Below are positions 25,295-37,847 of a DNA stretch of 64,000 nt, piece by piece. This DNA comes from Fistulifera solaris (taxonomy: Eukaryota): positions 124,001 to 188,000 of the forward strand of contig AP026140.1 in NCBI GenBank assembly GCA_030295235.1. The letters are read 5' to 3'. The notes under the pieces were generated by a model, which was not told where the DNA came from, ran no database searches, and saw only the letters and a program-made list of their open reading frames with translations. Positions within the stretch are counted from its first letter, which is position 1; every line of letters begins with the position of its first letter. Position numbers and translations under genes: made by a program.

Positions 25295-25789
25295 TTGGAC
25301 GAACCAACGATGATGCGAGGGACATGAGCAAACACGAAGTCGACTAATGAGAATGCATTCCGAGTTGCGTACATATAATGATAGCATTTGACGCATAAGA
25401 CGTACAAAGGTGAAATGATTTTATAGTCACTAGTTTAGGTCTACTATCAAAAGGGAAGAATGGTGAAGTATAACGCAACACGTGACTGAAATACAGTGGT
25501 GGTCTCATTGGTCTATAGTAACTTCGGCAAACAACGTTTCGCAGGACTCTTCGACGTAGACGTACTATCGTGTAATGTAACCCTGCTAAAGCCTATTTCA
25601 TTGCAGCAACGAGAAACGGTGCTCAAGAACATAAGCTGGACGAGCGAATTTTAGGTACCGTAGAATCGTCACTCGAGAGAATTCATTCATGAATGAGATA
25701 CATCTAACAGAATTTACCAACAAGGAGTATTCCGCAACAAAACAAATACCTTGTCTTATTTGCCTGTACCAAGAAACATCATACATGAT

Positions 25790-27300
25790 GCAGAAATCTG
25801 GACCAGTTGTTTCGATCCTACCGAAATGCTGTGCACACACCAGAAATTCAGAAAATTGGATGTACAGTTTCAGAAATTCTGGAATCGGTAGTTCTTTTCA
25901 TTCAGAAATTCTGTGGTGGTCAAGAATTTCTGGACCAATTGTTTTGATCCTACCGAAATGCTATGCATATTCCAGATATTCTGGAAATTGTGGTTTGGAT
26001 CCTACTGGAAGGCTGTGCGTGTTCCGGAAATGCTGGAACCGTGTGCTATGGATCGTGACCAAAGAAACAGCGAATTCCAGAAATTCTGGAAACGGTAGTT
26101 CTTTTCATTCAGAAATTCTGTGGTGGTCAAGAATTTCTGGACCAATTGTTTTGATCCTACCGAAATGCTATCTATGCATATTCCAGATATTCTGGAAATT
26201 GTGGTTTGGATCCTACTGGAAGGCTGTGCGTGTTCCGGAAATGCTGGAACTGTGTGTTATGGATCGTGACCAAAGAAACAGCGAATTCCAGAAATTCTGG
26301 AATCGGTAGTTCTTTTCATACAAAAATTCTGTGTAGGTCCAGAATTTCTGGACCAATTGTTTCGATCCTACCGAAATGCTATGCATATTCCAGATATTCT
26401 GGAAATTGTGTTTTGGATCCTACTGGAAGGCTGTGCGTGTTCCGGAAATGCTGGAACCGTGTGCTATGGATCGTGACCAAAGAAACAGCGAATTCCAGAA
26501 ATTCTGGAATCGGTAGTTCTTTTCATTCAGAAATTCTGTGGTGGTCAAGAATTTCTGGACCAATTGTTTTGATCCTACCGAAATGCTATGCAAATTCCAG
26601 AAATTCTGGAAGTTGTGGTTTGGATCCTACTGGAAGGCTGTGCGTGTTCCGGAAATGCTGGAACCGTGTGCTATGGATCGTGACCAAAGAAACAGCGAAT
26701 TCCAGAAATTCTGGAATCGGTAGTTCTTTTCATACAAAAATTCTGTGTAGGTCCAGAATTTCTGGACCAATTGTTTCGATCCTACCGAAATGCTATGCAT
26801 ATTCCAGATATTCTGGAAATTGTGTTTTGGATCCTACTGGAAGGCTGTGCGTGTTCCGGAACTGCTGGAACCGTGTGTTATGGATCGTGACCAAAGAAAC
26901 AGCGAATTCCAGAAATTCTGGAATCGGTAGTTCTTTTCATACAAAAATTCTGTGTAGGTCCAGAATTTCTGGACCAATTGTTTCGATCCTACCGAAATGC
27001 TATGCATATTCCAGATATTCTGGAAATTGTGTTTTGGATCCTACTGGAAGGCTGTGCGTGTTCCGGAAATGCTGGAACCGTGTGCTATGGATCGTGACCA
27101 AAGAAACAGCGAATTCCAGAAATTCTGGAATCGGTAGTTCTTTTCATTCAGAAATTCTGTGGTGGTCAAGAATCTCTGGACCAATTGTTTTGATCCTACC
27201 GAAATGCTATGCATATTCCAGAAATTCTGGAAGTTGTGGTTTGGATCCTACTGGAAGGCTGTGCGTGTTCCGGAAATGCTGGAACTGTTTTATGGATCAT
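25790..27300 (+). repeat. Tandem array, unit 207 bp (4 subunits of about 52 bp), about 7 copies
   Basis: gaat(t/c)tctggacc at about 25924, 26131, 26342, 26549, 26756, 26963 and 27170. One unit has a 4-bp ctat duplication. Confidence 0.97.
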
Positions 27301-27590
27301 CGAGTGATAGTGAACGTTTTGAAAATCTGGACACGTTAACACAGCTTTTCTGTTCAATCAACGAAACAGAATTTCCGGTTGTCTATCATTTTTCTGCCTC
27401 TGAAGGCACCAGCCAACAAACACTGACGTCATCCCATAGACAATAAGGCCATAGATCTTTCACGTCCCATCGCGATATTCGCGATCGCTGTTACCAGGTA
27501 TTGCTACGCAAAACAAAACGGCAAAAGACTCAATTAAAGCGACGATAATGCACCTATTTTATCCAACCATCTAATAACATACATAACAAC

Positions 27591-28207
27591 ATGAAATCCC
27601 TTCGATCTCTGCTCTTTATCTTGTGCACAAGCAAGTTTCTTGTAGTGGCTTTTCAGGTGCCTTCACGACACTTAACGACGACGACGACAACTCGCCGTCA
27701 CATGTCATCGGAGGATTTCCTTCAAGAGACACCGGAAGGAACGCAGGAACGCATTCAAAGTTTAGTAGAATCACATCCTGTTTTGTTGTTTATGAAAGGA
27801 AGTAAATTGTTCCCGCAATGTGGATTCAGTAATACGGCCGTGCAGATTTTGCAGAGTTATGGAATCAATTTTCACACGGTTGGTGCGTGCAACGATGTTG
27901 GACGAATGGCAATCGCAACTTGTTTGCTCACCATTTTCATTTATTTCCTTGCGTTTCAGACGTCTTGTCCGACCAGAACATCCGAGAAGGTGTCAAAGTG
28001 TACAGTCAATGGCCCACCATTCCTCAATTGTATGGTACGTTTAACATTTTAAAGCTTGACTCTTCTTGTAAATAATTGCCGCATCTCACATGGTCTTCTT
28101 CATAGTGGCGGGGGGAATTCGTCGGAGGAAGTGATATTATGATTGAAATGTATCAATCGGGAGAACTCGGAGAAATGATTGAAAAAGCCAAGGCCGATAT
28201 GATGTGA
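27591..28207 (+). CDS. Monothiol CGFS glutaredoxin, probably plastid-targeted
   Basis: [24 protein letters not shown]. Signal peptide ending VVA|F. Introns 27883-27959 and 28035-28105. Confidence 0.92.
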
Positions 28208-28316
28208 TGCAACAAGTATTAGTACAATCGAGTAGGCTTGATACAGTAGATGAAAATGATCACAACATATTGTAGTCCTGATTAGCTTTCCTGAAATCTT
28301 TGCGTTATTTGATTCT

Positions 28317-28982
<666 letters not shown>

Positions 28983-29520
28983 CTAGTATCAGTAAGAATT
29001 GAAGAATGCGTCGTTGGCTATATTGGTTGTCGTTTGTTGAAATAGCGTGACTTGCCGTCGTGTCCTTGCAGAGCTGGCTTCTCCCGAAGAACTATCAGCA
29101 ACAAAAAATATCTAATTATGGAGTAAGAGCGACGACTATAGTTTTTGCAATGGCTGAAGCAACAAAGTAGACGCGTGCTCTGAATAATTATGTTACTCCG
29201 TTCGTTGGATGCTTGTTTTAGCGTTGCGGGTCATTGTGGCCTTTTTTGCAAAACGGAGTGCGGACGCGATGAGGAAATTTTGAGTTCTTTTCGCTTCACA
29301 GTGGATTTGAATGCCGTAAGGACATGCGATCTTTTCACCTTATTCTTACGTCATCGTCAGTACCGGTGCGGTGACTTACCTGGTACTTGCTTGCATCGTG
29401 CATTTGCATTCCTTTTCTCATTATTTCTCACAACACATAAGTGCATCGGGCGTCAGAGCGTTTGTATTATTTATTATCGTCGCACCTATTTATCCTCTTT
29501 ATATTCACTTCCAAAGAAGA

Positions 29521-30120
29521 ATGGTGAAAGTTAACTTGCCAGCTTTTGCGCTAATCGTAGCAATCTCGAACTTCAGTGCAAATGCCTACAACATCGCTCC
29601 ACCCCCGCAACCACAACAAATCGTAGTATCAGTTCCTTTTTCTGCCTTGGAAACAAGAGCATCGAACCTCCCATGTCATCAGGAACTCGCATTGTCGTCG
29701 ACTTCCACTTGGATATCTGACGCAGCAGTTGTTGCCGCTCCCAGTAAAGGCAACGCGGCAACGATGCAATCGACCGTGGCATCACTCAGCATCACCAACA
29801 TCCAATTCGATGGCAAAGTTCCGACGACAGAATCAGATGAGTATGTCGTCATTACCAACCGATCCAAGAGTCCCTTGAATGTGGCAGGATACTATCTTTA
29901 CGTCGCTAGCAATGGTACGCAAGGGGCTACGTTTACCTTTCCGGCCAACTCCGTGATTGCCCCGGGCGCTTCCGTGCGTATCTACACGAACGAAATTCAC
30001 AAGGAAACGGGTGGGTACAGTTTTAACTCGAAAAAGGCCATTTGGAACAACAAGGGTGGATTGGCCGTCTTGAAAGATGCAACGGGCAAGAAACTCGGTG
30101 AATATAAATACAAACCATAG
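29521..30120 (+). CDS. Signal-peptide protein with a lamin-tail (LTD) Ig-like domain
   Basis: DEYVVITN, FTFPANSVIAPGASVRIYT and AIWNNKGG are typical LTD motifs. Hydrophobic N-terminus. Confidence 0.75.
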   Translation: MVKVNLPAFALIVAISNFSANAYNIAPPPQPQQIVVSVPFSALETRASNLPCHQELALSSTSTWISDAAVVAAPSKGNAATMQSTVASLSITNIQFDGKVPTTESDEYVVITNRSKSPLNVAGYYLYVASNGTQGATFTFPANSVIAPGASVRIYTNEIHKETGGYSFNSKKAIWNNKGGLAVLKDATGKKLGEYKYKP

Positions 30121-30409
30121 AACGACAGGAAGTGGACGATTAAACAAGTCCTCAATCAACATAACGACATAGACTACTAGACGCTAAATAAATAGATAGA
30201 TACCCTTATACACATTAATGTCCTCTTTGGACGAGGCCAATAAAAGGAGTGATAAATAAAAACTTAAATTCATCAAGAAAATTAATCATTTTATTCATTT
30301 GGTATTTCACTTTTGAATCATAGACATATTGCAGGAGCTTGCACAACTCTCCATATCTGTGGACAGATAGGGATTGATGGTAGGCATATCTCGGCCTCCT
30401 CTTAGATCG

Positions 30410-31170
30410 CAAAGCGTCCGTGTCGTGGGCGGCCAAATTCACTTTAGCCGAAAAAAGGTAACCATTGAAACGGCAACAAAGAGGTCCACAAAATGCACGC
30501 CCAAAATGAATAAATCTATATGCTTGCATAAACATAGGTGTTAGAAAATACTAAGTTCAGAAGAAGTCCAAGATTTTCTTTCTTTGTGTCGAAAAGCGTC
30601 CGTATCGTGGGCGGCCAAACTCACTATAGTCCCTAAGTGTTGGTTTACGGACAACACGACTGAATATCAGTCACGATCGAAATAGATAACCAGTGAAACG
30701 GCAACAAAGAGGTCCACAAAATGCACGCCCAAAATGAATAAATCTATATGCTTGCATTAACATAGGTGTTAGAAAATACTAAGTTCAGAAGAAGTCCAAG
30801 ATTTTCTTTCTTTGTGTCGAAAAGCGTCCGTATCGTGGGCGGCCAAACTCACTATAGTCCCTAAGTGTTGGTTTACGGACAACACGACTGAATATCAGTC
30901 ACGATCGAAATAGATAACCAGTGAAACGGCAACAAAGAGGTCCACAAAATGCACGCCCAAAATGAATAAATCTATATGCTTGCATTAACATAGGTGTTAG
31001 AAAATACTAAGTTCACTAGAAGTCCAAGATTTTCTTTCTTTGTGTCGAAAAGCGTCCGTATCGTGGGCGGCCAAATTCACTATAGTCCCCAAGTGTAGGT
31101 TTACGGACAACACGACTGAATATCAGTCACGATCGAAAATAGATTACAATTGAAACGGCAACAAAGAGCT
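30410..31170 (+). repeat. Tandem array, unit 228-229 bp, about 3.3 copies
   Basis: gaaacggcaacaaagag at about 30467, 30695, 30923 and 31152. Copies nearly identical. Confidence 0.95.
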
Positions 31171-32634
31171 CAACAATTATTTTACTCTTAAGAATCACAA
31201 AATTTAGTATGATTGCGTGGAAGGGCTCGGTATTATCTAAATTATACGGGTATAGACTTTCTTTAAAACCTTTTGGCGTCTGACCTTGGCTCGTTTCAGA
31301 AGCTGAACGAACTCCGAACCTGTTTTAATATTTTGGAGAATTCGTGTCTGACAAGCGATAGTACAAAGTACGATCTTTGATGCTTGTTATCCCTTACGGC
31401 ACCCATCTTCTAATTCAAAAACGACATATGTCGCCTTTATCTCGGACAGCTGCTACTCTCTAAAAAAGTTTCCCGCCACCGTCGACGTGGGACAATTTCT
31501 AGAATCTACGGTCCCAAATTTTGTCAACCCACAATCTACCGAAATAGCTCGAATGACCGGGCCTTTTAAGAAAACACATAGGGTACAATATTTTGTACTA
31601 AAAGCAATCCCGCACGACTGCATACTTTCCATAATCTACGTCTGACCTAAAAATGTATTTCTATAATCTACCCTTCCCCCGGCTTTATCGTGCGTTGTGA
31701 TGTAACAAATTCAAACATCTTCGTAGGGCCTTTTGAGTTACTAGTACTATGGAAGCCTGCCAATAATCTATAATCTCTAACCTTAACGATTGTCTACTCA
31801 AATCAGATTACCCGCATGTTAGAGCCTTGCTAGAGCGCCTACCTTTGTCACAATTGCATGAATCCCTATCAACTTTATTGGTATGTCTGATAGGATTTTC
31901 CCCGCCAAGAACTGTCGATGTTACCGTCGATTAATGTGATATAACATAGTAAGGTTGACCTCTATGGTTACGCTTAAACTGAAGTAGAAAAACGATTATC
32001 AGGTCCTCGGGCACAGCTATTTTTGAACGTAAAGATCTTTTCTTCTTTGAATGTGTTAGGGAACACTCTCAACGAAAGGAAAACAGGCACCAAGCTTTGT
32101 TCTATAGTGGTTTTCAACATGGGTCGAAGTCGCTAAAGATCAAGTCTTATCGGTAATTAATAGAGTCCTATTTTAGGTAGTGAATAACGAGCGGATGAAT
32201 GGATGTTTCATAAACAAGCTGGTTGGGGAAGGATTACTGTAGTTCGCTCAAAACGCCCAACAAGGTTGTTCGAAGTTGTTCACGCGATAAAGCACGGCAA
32301 AAAGGGGTAGATCATAGAAGTTAAAATTGGACGAAGGGGTAGATCATAGAAAGTATGCAGTCGTACGGGATTGATTAGAGTACGATTTGTTGGTCCCAAC
32401 ACATATTCATAGAACAATTGCGAGGTCAAAGTTATCGTCAAATCTTGAGGTGGAAAAAACTTGGAAACGTAGATTCTAGAAATTGTCCCCGTCGACGTCC
32501 CTTTGTCCGGACGCAATGCATGCGCGCAACAAACCCACATTCGCATTCATTTGCAAGAGAAACTCATTCATTCGCAGTTCTTTCCTTTCAATCCCATCCC
32601 TTCTTCCAAAAAGCATATTCTCGTACACACAAAG

Positions 32635-33159
32635 ATGAATGTAAAAACACTACAAGAGATAATATCGTATCGAAGAAAGATGTGTCAAGACTGTTTGACT
32701 CCCAAACTGTTACAGCAAATCCTCGTGCAGGTGACACGAAAACCGATCGTCGGTGACAATCCCTATCAGCAATTTATGAATGTGTATCGTCAGAACTTAT
32801 TTCAAGCCGCCGATGAAACAGTCAGTTGCGTGCGTCGTCGCCGAGCTTTTTGTACATTGCAACAATTGAATCAGGCGATGGATGTTCTTGTCCGTGGCGG
32901 GAAAGCGTCGTGTACGAAGGCTTGTACTGTTCCCGTCCCTTCTACCACAATTCCTTCGAGAGACGAACCATCGTTAGTTTCATTTGAAGAAGTTGATCCA
33001 TACAAATTAAACACAACAACAGATAACAAAGACAGCGATGCGATTCCCCAGTCTGTCACAATGATGACAACGACGCCCCTGCCGTCCAACTTTCAAAAAG
33101 CGCCGAGACGCGTTTCGTTACCAGAAGTAGTCGATTGTTGCGATGAAGGAATCCTTTGA
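32635..33159 (+). CDS. Hypothetical protein
   Basis: ATG-initiated ORF of about 174 aa ending KAPRRVSL... No recognisable domain. Confidence 0.45.
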   Translation: MNVKTLQEIISYRRKMCQDCLTPKLLQQILVQVTRKPIVGDNPYQQFMNVYRQNLFQAADETVSCVRRRRAFCTLQQLNQAMDVLVRGGKASCTKACTVPVPSTTIPSRDEPSLVSFEEVDPYKLNTTTDNKDSDAIPQSVTMMTTTPLPSNFQKAPRRVSLPEVVDCCDEGIL

Positions 33160-33341
33160 GACACCGCACGTGACATGGAAAGACTAGATTTCGATCTGCG
33201 GGATATATAATGCTATTCGTTGCAATGACATGCCTTCAGCAATACTCAGTGCTGAAACAAGAAGAATCAGCAACGCTTACATAGATGCTTTTTTCAATTC
33301 ACTTCTCTTTCATCTATCTAATAAAAATTATTCTTGCTACT

Positions 33342-35011
33342 TTAGTAACCAAGTGCATCGTCCAATACGTACAAAGCCTTGTCTTGACGTTCAAAACCAT
33401 CCAACAATTCGTCTTCCGTAATCACCAAAGGAGGTGCGACATGCAAATGCGGAGGCCGCATCAAGCCAATTAACCCATTCGCCGTGTAGGCTTTCTTGTA
33501 TTCAACAAAGGCCTTGTCAATGGCGGTATGCTGTAACTGAGGATTGGAGCCATCGGGATTGGCCACATCGAAACAACCAAATAAGCCGATGCAGCGGTAC
33601 TGTTTAATGCATGGATGATGTTCCGCCAGACGGCGCGTATTGTCTTCGAGAATCGGCGCCAATCGTTGCACGTGACCAATGATATCGTTTTGAATCAGAT
33701 ACTTGACATTCTCATACGCACACGCCATGGCGACCGGATGAGCTTGGTACGTGGATCCCCAACCCAATGGATTGTCTTCAAAGTATTCCATAATATGCTT
33801 GCGACAAGCAGTCATCGACAAAGGTAACGCGGCGGCGGTAATGCCCTTGGCGGCCGTCACAATGTCCGGAATGACGCCTTCGTTGTGCTGAAAGCCAAAG
33901 AGTTTTCCGGTACGACCAAATCCGACCATGACTTCATCGCAGTGCATGACAATGTTGTACTTGTCACAAATGGCACGAACACCTTGCATATACCCCGGTG
34001 GCGGTACAATGACACCTCCTCCACCAATGACCGACTCGAATTGTACCATGGCGACGGTATCGGGACCTTCATTGAGAATTTGTTCTTCCAACATGTTGAG
34101 TGCCATTTGCGTGCGCTCTTCGGGCGTCGCGCCCGCCAAGTCCCAAAAGAGCGGATTCGGATGAAACGCTTTGACAAAACCCGGTACATGATCCCCTCCA
34201 TACCACCGACGAAAGTCTCCCGTCGCTTGCTGCGAATTGGCCGTTCCGCCGTGATAACTGCGATACCAGTTAATGACCTTGTACTTTCCCGTGTATCGTC
34301 GGGCCATCATAATGGCGGCTTCATTCGCTTCCGATCCCGAAGAAGGAAAGACCATTCCCTGCAAATCTCCCGGCAATATTTCCGCAATGAGTTGACTCAA
34401 TCGCGCCCGCGTCTCACATAAACCCAAACCGCCGTACAAGAACGGCAGTTGGGTCATTTGCTGTAACGTCGCTTGCAAGACCGATTCGGGAAGTGTATAT
34501 CCCACATTGGAACAGACGGCTTGCGACGTCCAATCAAGATATTGTTTGCCCTGATCGTCGTACAAATAAACACCTTCTCCATGGGTAATCAAAGGCGTGT
34601 TGTGTTTGGCTTTGCCCGGCGCCCACGTCATCATGACGGATTGACTCGTCGCATTGCGAATTTGTTCCGTCGACCAGGTTCCCATGGGTTGATCGTGTTC
34701 GGGAGATAATTTCAAATGGGATTGATTGTCCATGACGCGCTGTTTTATTGGAAGAATGTCAATAATGAGGGAAGCATGACAGCAAGAGAGGAGAGTGAGA
34801 CATGAGTGAGCAGAAAATGGACGAGTCAAGAAGGGATAAATGAAAGAACCCCATAGCTTAGCAGCAAGGAATTGATCACTTAATCATCCCTGAATTACTC
34901 TCTTCAACGTACCGACAAGGCAGGACTTTTATGAGGCCAATGTTGCGATCCTTTGACGATCGTTCTTCGCGTTGCTTGCTGCATTGCAGCTGTCGACAGT
35001 TTGGGATTCAT
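33342..35011 (-). CDS. Class III PLP-dependent aminotransferase
   Basis: SGSEANEAA, SYHGGT, CDEVMVGFGRTG, PDIVTAAKG, STYQAHP. Probable first exon 35011-34913 (MNPKLSTAAM...) with an intron to about 34741. Confidence 0.9.
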
Positions 35012-35580
35012 TTTGCCGAAAACGAACTGAGAGAACTAAATCAGAGGCTTATCGAATAGGGAAAGGGAGACACAAAGTTTCAAGACAAGGATGAACGACT
35101 TGTAATGTCTTTCGTTCTTTTCGAAAAGCGTGTTGTCGTCGTTGACGGCAAAAAGAATGAAATCATTCGAACAGAAAAAAAGCGAGGAACAAAGTCAAAG
35201 AGCGCACACGTCACTTCAACGTCATCATCATGACAAGATTTCTTGACACGACACACGACCTGCACTATTCGGCAGGGGAGTAGTCGGGCAACGAATCGAA
35301 GAACCGTGCGCCATGCGTGCGCCATGCGAATTTTTTGAGCCTCATGACTGAATTGCAGTCTTAAAAAAAGTAATCTACACATAGATCCTATAGTCAACGA
35401 GAAAGCATTATCACTGCGACACGTCGAATGAATACTCAAAAAAGAATACTGTACTTGTATTGCTGACGACAGCGGCGAGAGACGCGACGAGGACAACCAA
35501 AAAATCTTTTGCATTGCGTATTTTATTGTTGCTGCTAAGTAATTCATCCTAACACCAGCAGGTTTCGGAGCCCCTGTTGA

Positions 35581-36681
35581 ATGCATTCATTATCATCAAT
35601 CCTTCGAAAACAAACAAGTAGTACTGTTCGCACCATCATCATGTCATCTTCCTCTTCGCAATTACTATCCTTCCAGTGGCAACTGCTGTCTCCGCAACCC
35701 GATCCTGAACACGGTACACCGTGTACTCGTTCTTCACACGGCCTTTCTTTTATCAATAATCGTTTGGTAATCTATGGTGGCGAACATGTCGCACGAACGC
35801 CACTTTCGGAGGAACAAGCCTTGTGGGTGTGTCACGACAACGGGCAACAATGGCACTGTGTCACTCCTTCCCAACAACCACCACCCCGGATTGCCCACGC
35901 ACAAGCCGTTTATCAAAACGACATTTATATCTTTGGAGGACGTGCTGGAATTACCATGCAAGAACAAGCCATGAATGATTTGTGGAAACTCGATTGTTCC
36001 GGGCTGCCTGGATTGGAAGTATGGGAGCAAGTCAAAGATATGCAAGGAACCATTCCTCCGGCACGATCCTTTCATCGCATGATCTGTGTCGGTGATGCGT
36101 TGTACGTCTTTGGTGGTTGTGGTGTTGCGGGACGTTTACAGGATTTGTATCGTTACGATATTCCCACAAAGACCTGGTCGGAATGTCCGGTCGCACAACT
36201 CGCGGGCCGGGGTGGTCCGAATTTCGTCCCGTTGCAAGGAGGACGCTGTCTCCTGGCAGTGGCCGGATTCTGTGGTCACGAAACCAATGATGCACAAGTG
36301 TATAGTGTGGAAGACGAACAATGGTTGGAACAAGGTGTCATGACACTCTCCGAAATGCGTCCGCGGAGTGTCTGTGTCGCTGGATCCTTTCCATCGATGG
36401 GTGTTGTCGTCATTTTTGGAGGAGAAGTCGATCCTTCCGATCGTGGTCATGAAGGAGCGGGAGGATTTGCGAATGATTTGGTCATTTTGGATGAATTGAC
36501 GGGCGAATATCGAGAAACCATTCCGGCCACGGAAAATGATTGGCCCGAAACGAGAGGATGGTCGGCCGGAGACGTTCATCAAAATGCGTTATATGTATTT
36601 GGGGGACTTTCGGGGGATGATGCTTCTCCCCGTCGATTGGATGATTTGTGGAAACTCGAATTGGTGCGTCGTGACGAATAA
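35581..36681 (+). CDS. Kelch-repeat beta-propeller, nitrile-specifier-protein-like
   Basis: Repeated YIFGG/YVFGG Kelch motifs. RSSHGL, RSFH, RSV and RGW blades. GGEVDPSDRGHEGAG. Confidence 0.85.
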   Translation: MHSLSSILRKQTSSTVRTIIMSSSSSQLLSFQWQLLSPQPDPEHGTPCTRSSHGLSFINNRLVIYGGEHVARTPLSEEQALWVCHDNGQQWHCVTPSQQPPPRIAHAQAVYQNDIYIFGGRAGITMQEQAMNDLWKLDCSGLPGLEVWEQVKDMQGTIPPARSFHRMICVGDALYVFGGCGVAGRLQDLYRYDIPTKTWSECPVAQLAGRGGPNFVPLQGGRCLLAVAGFCGHETNDAQVYSVEDEQWLEQGVMTLSEMRPRSVCVAGSFPSMGVVVIFGGEVDPSDRGHEGAGGFANDLVILDELTGEYRETIPATENDWPETRGWSAGDVHQNALYVFGGLSGDDASPRRLDDLWKLELVRRDE

Positions 36682-36839
36682 AATAATAAATTGTCACGTG
36701 CCATTTTATAGAAGAAACGTCTCCTAGGCAGGGTAAGTTGACCAAAGTTAATACGGAAACATTAATGAATTTACAGCACACAGATCTAGTAAAAGATCCT
36801 CCCGTTTTATCTTTTTGTGTCGTAGTCGTGCACAACACA

Positions 36840-37847
36840 TCACATGATGGGACATTCCTCGGATGCTTCCACTTTGGGTAAACCCGTCGCATCGTCCCAT
36901 TGCAAACCCGGGGCAATCGTTTGTACAATATCATTCGGCGGCTGTCCGTATTCTTGCACATCTTGCATCAACGTCATGAGTTGTGTCGTATTGGTGGGAT
37001 CCGTTTCGTACACGTGCACTAGTTTTTGAAAGCATTGATATTGTTGACAGCGTTGTTGATATTCGTGTTCCGACAGTGTTGATTTCTTTTCCTGTAACCA
37101 ATCGGGAAAGGCGGTAGCGACTTGTTTCATGGGTTCGTACATGAGATCTTTGGCCAATAATTGCTGCATCATAGATTCCACCAAGGCATCGGGATTGGTG
37201 GTGTTGTCGTCGCTGTTACTTTCGGACATTCCCATGCTTTGTAACAATTGTTGCAACATATCGCTAGGATCAACATCTTCCTCGGCATCATCGTCGTCGG
37301 ATGGTCGCTGCTGCTGTCGGTGATTCATATCTTCTACGAGTGCATCAATGGCGTCGTGAATGCTATCCTTTGGATTTGTCGTTTTCGTTTCTATTGTTTT
37401 GTCCTTCTTCTGACTAGACGTGTGCATAGGACTTTTCGTCTGGGTCGTTTGCGGCGTGTCATTCGATAAAGGTGAAGCCATTTCGGCCAATATTTGAGAT
37501 TGCAATTGCTCAAACCGCTGTTGAATTACATTGTCGGATGCCAGATCGGGAAAATCATCGTGTTGCTGCATTAACTGCAAAATGTGTTCAAATCCTTGCA
37601 AAGGATCGGACGGTGGTCGCGGAGGACCGGCGACCGGTCGTGTTGCTTCTGGTGTAGTGACTTGTTTCTTAATCTTCTCTGTTAAATCTGAAGATTCCTT
37701 TCCTGATACAGTTGCAGTTGCTTTCTCTTGAGATGATTGCGGTGGTTGCGACTCTTCTACATCGTCGTCATCGTCGTCGTCGTCGAGTGCATCTAATGCG
37801 GCGTCTAAAATGGCATCCATATCGTCCTTTGAGTTCGCATTCGTCAT
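36840..37847 (-). CDS. PEX19: Peroxisomal membrane protein receptor PEX19
   Basis: N-terminal MDAILDAALDAL, MMQQLLAKDLMYEPMK, LMQDVQEYGQPP, C-terminal CaaX motif CPIM. Confidence 0.92.
   Translation of the reverse strand: MTNANSKDDMDAILDAALDALDDDDDDDDVEESQPPQSSQEKATATVSGKESSDLTEKIKKQVTTPEATRPVAGPPRPPSDPLQGFEHILQLMQQHDDFPDLASDNVIQQRFEQLQSQILAEMASPLSNDTPQTTQTKSPMHTSSQKKDKTIETKTTNPKDSIHDAIDALVEDMNHRQQQRPSDDDDAEEDVDPSDMLQQLLQSMGMSESNSDDNTTNPDALVESMMQQLLAKDLMYEPMKQVATAFPDWLQEKKSTLSEHEYQQRCQQYQCFQKLVHVYETDPTNTTQLMTLMQDVQEYGQPPNDIVQTIAPGLQWDDATGLPKVEASEECPIM

Noticed and set aside
26206..27339. 377-aa Cys/Trp-rich repetitive ORF
   Set aside because: It arises because the satellite unit is 207 bp (69 codons). 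It has no real ATG, it is broken by a 4-bp insertion upstream, and the homologous 203-bp array keeps no frame.
31170..32400. 1.2-kb ORF-free stretch, possibly a decayed TE
   Set aside because: No termini, repeats or protein motifs that I could identify.
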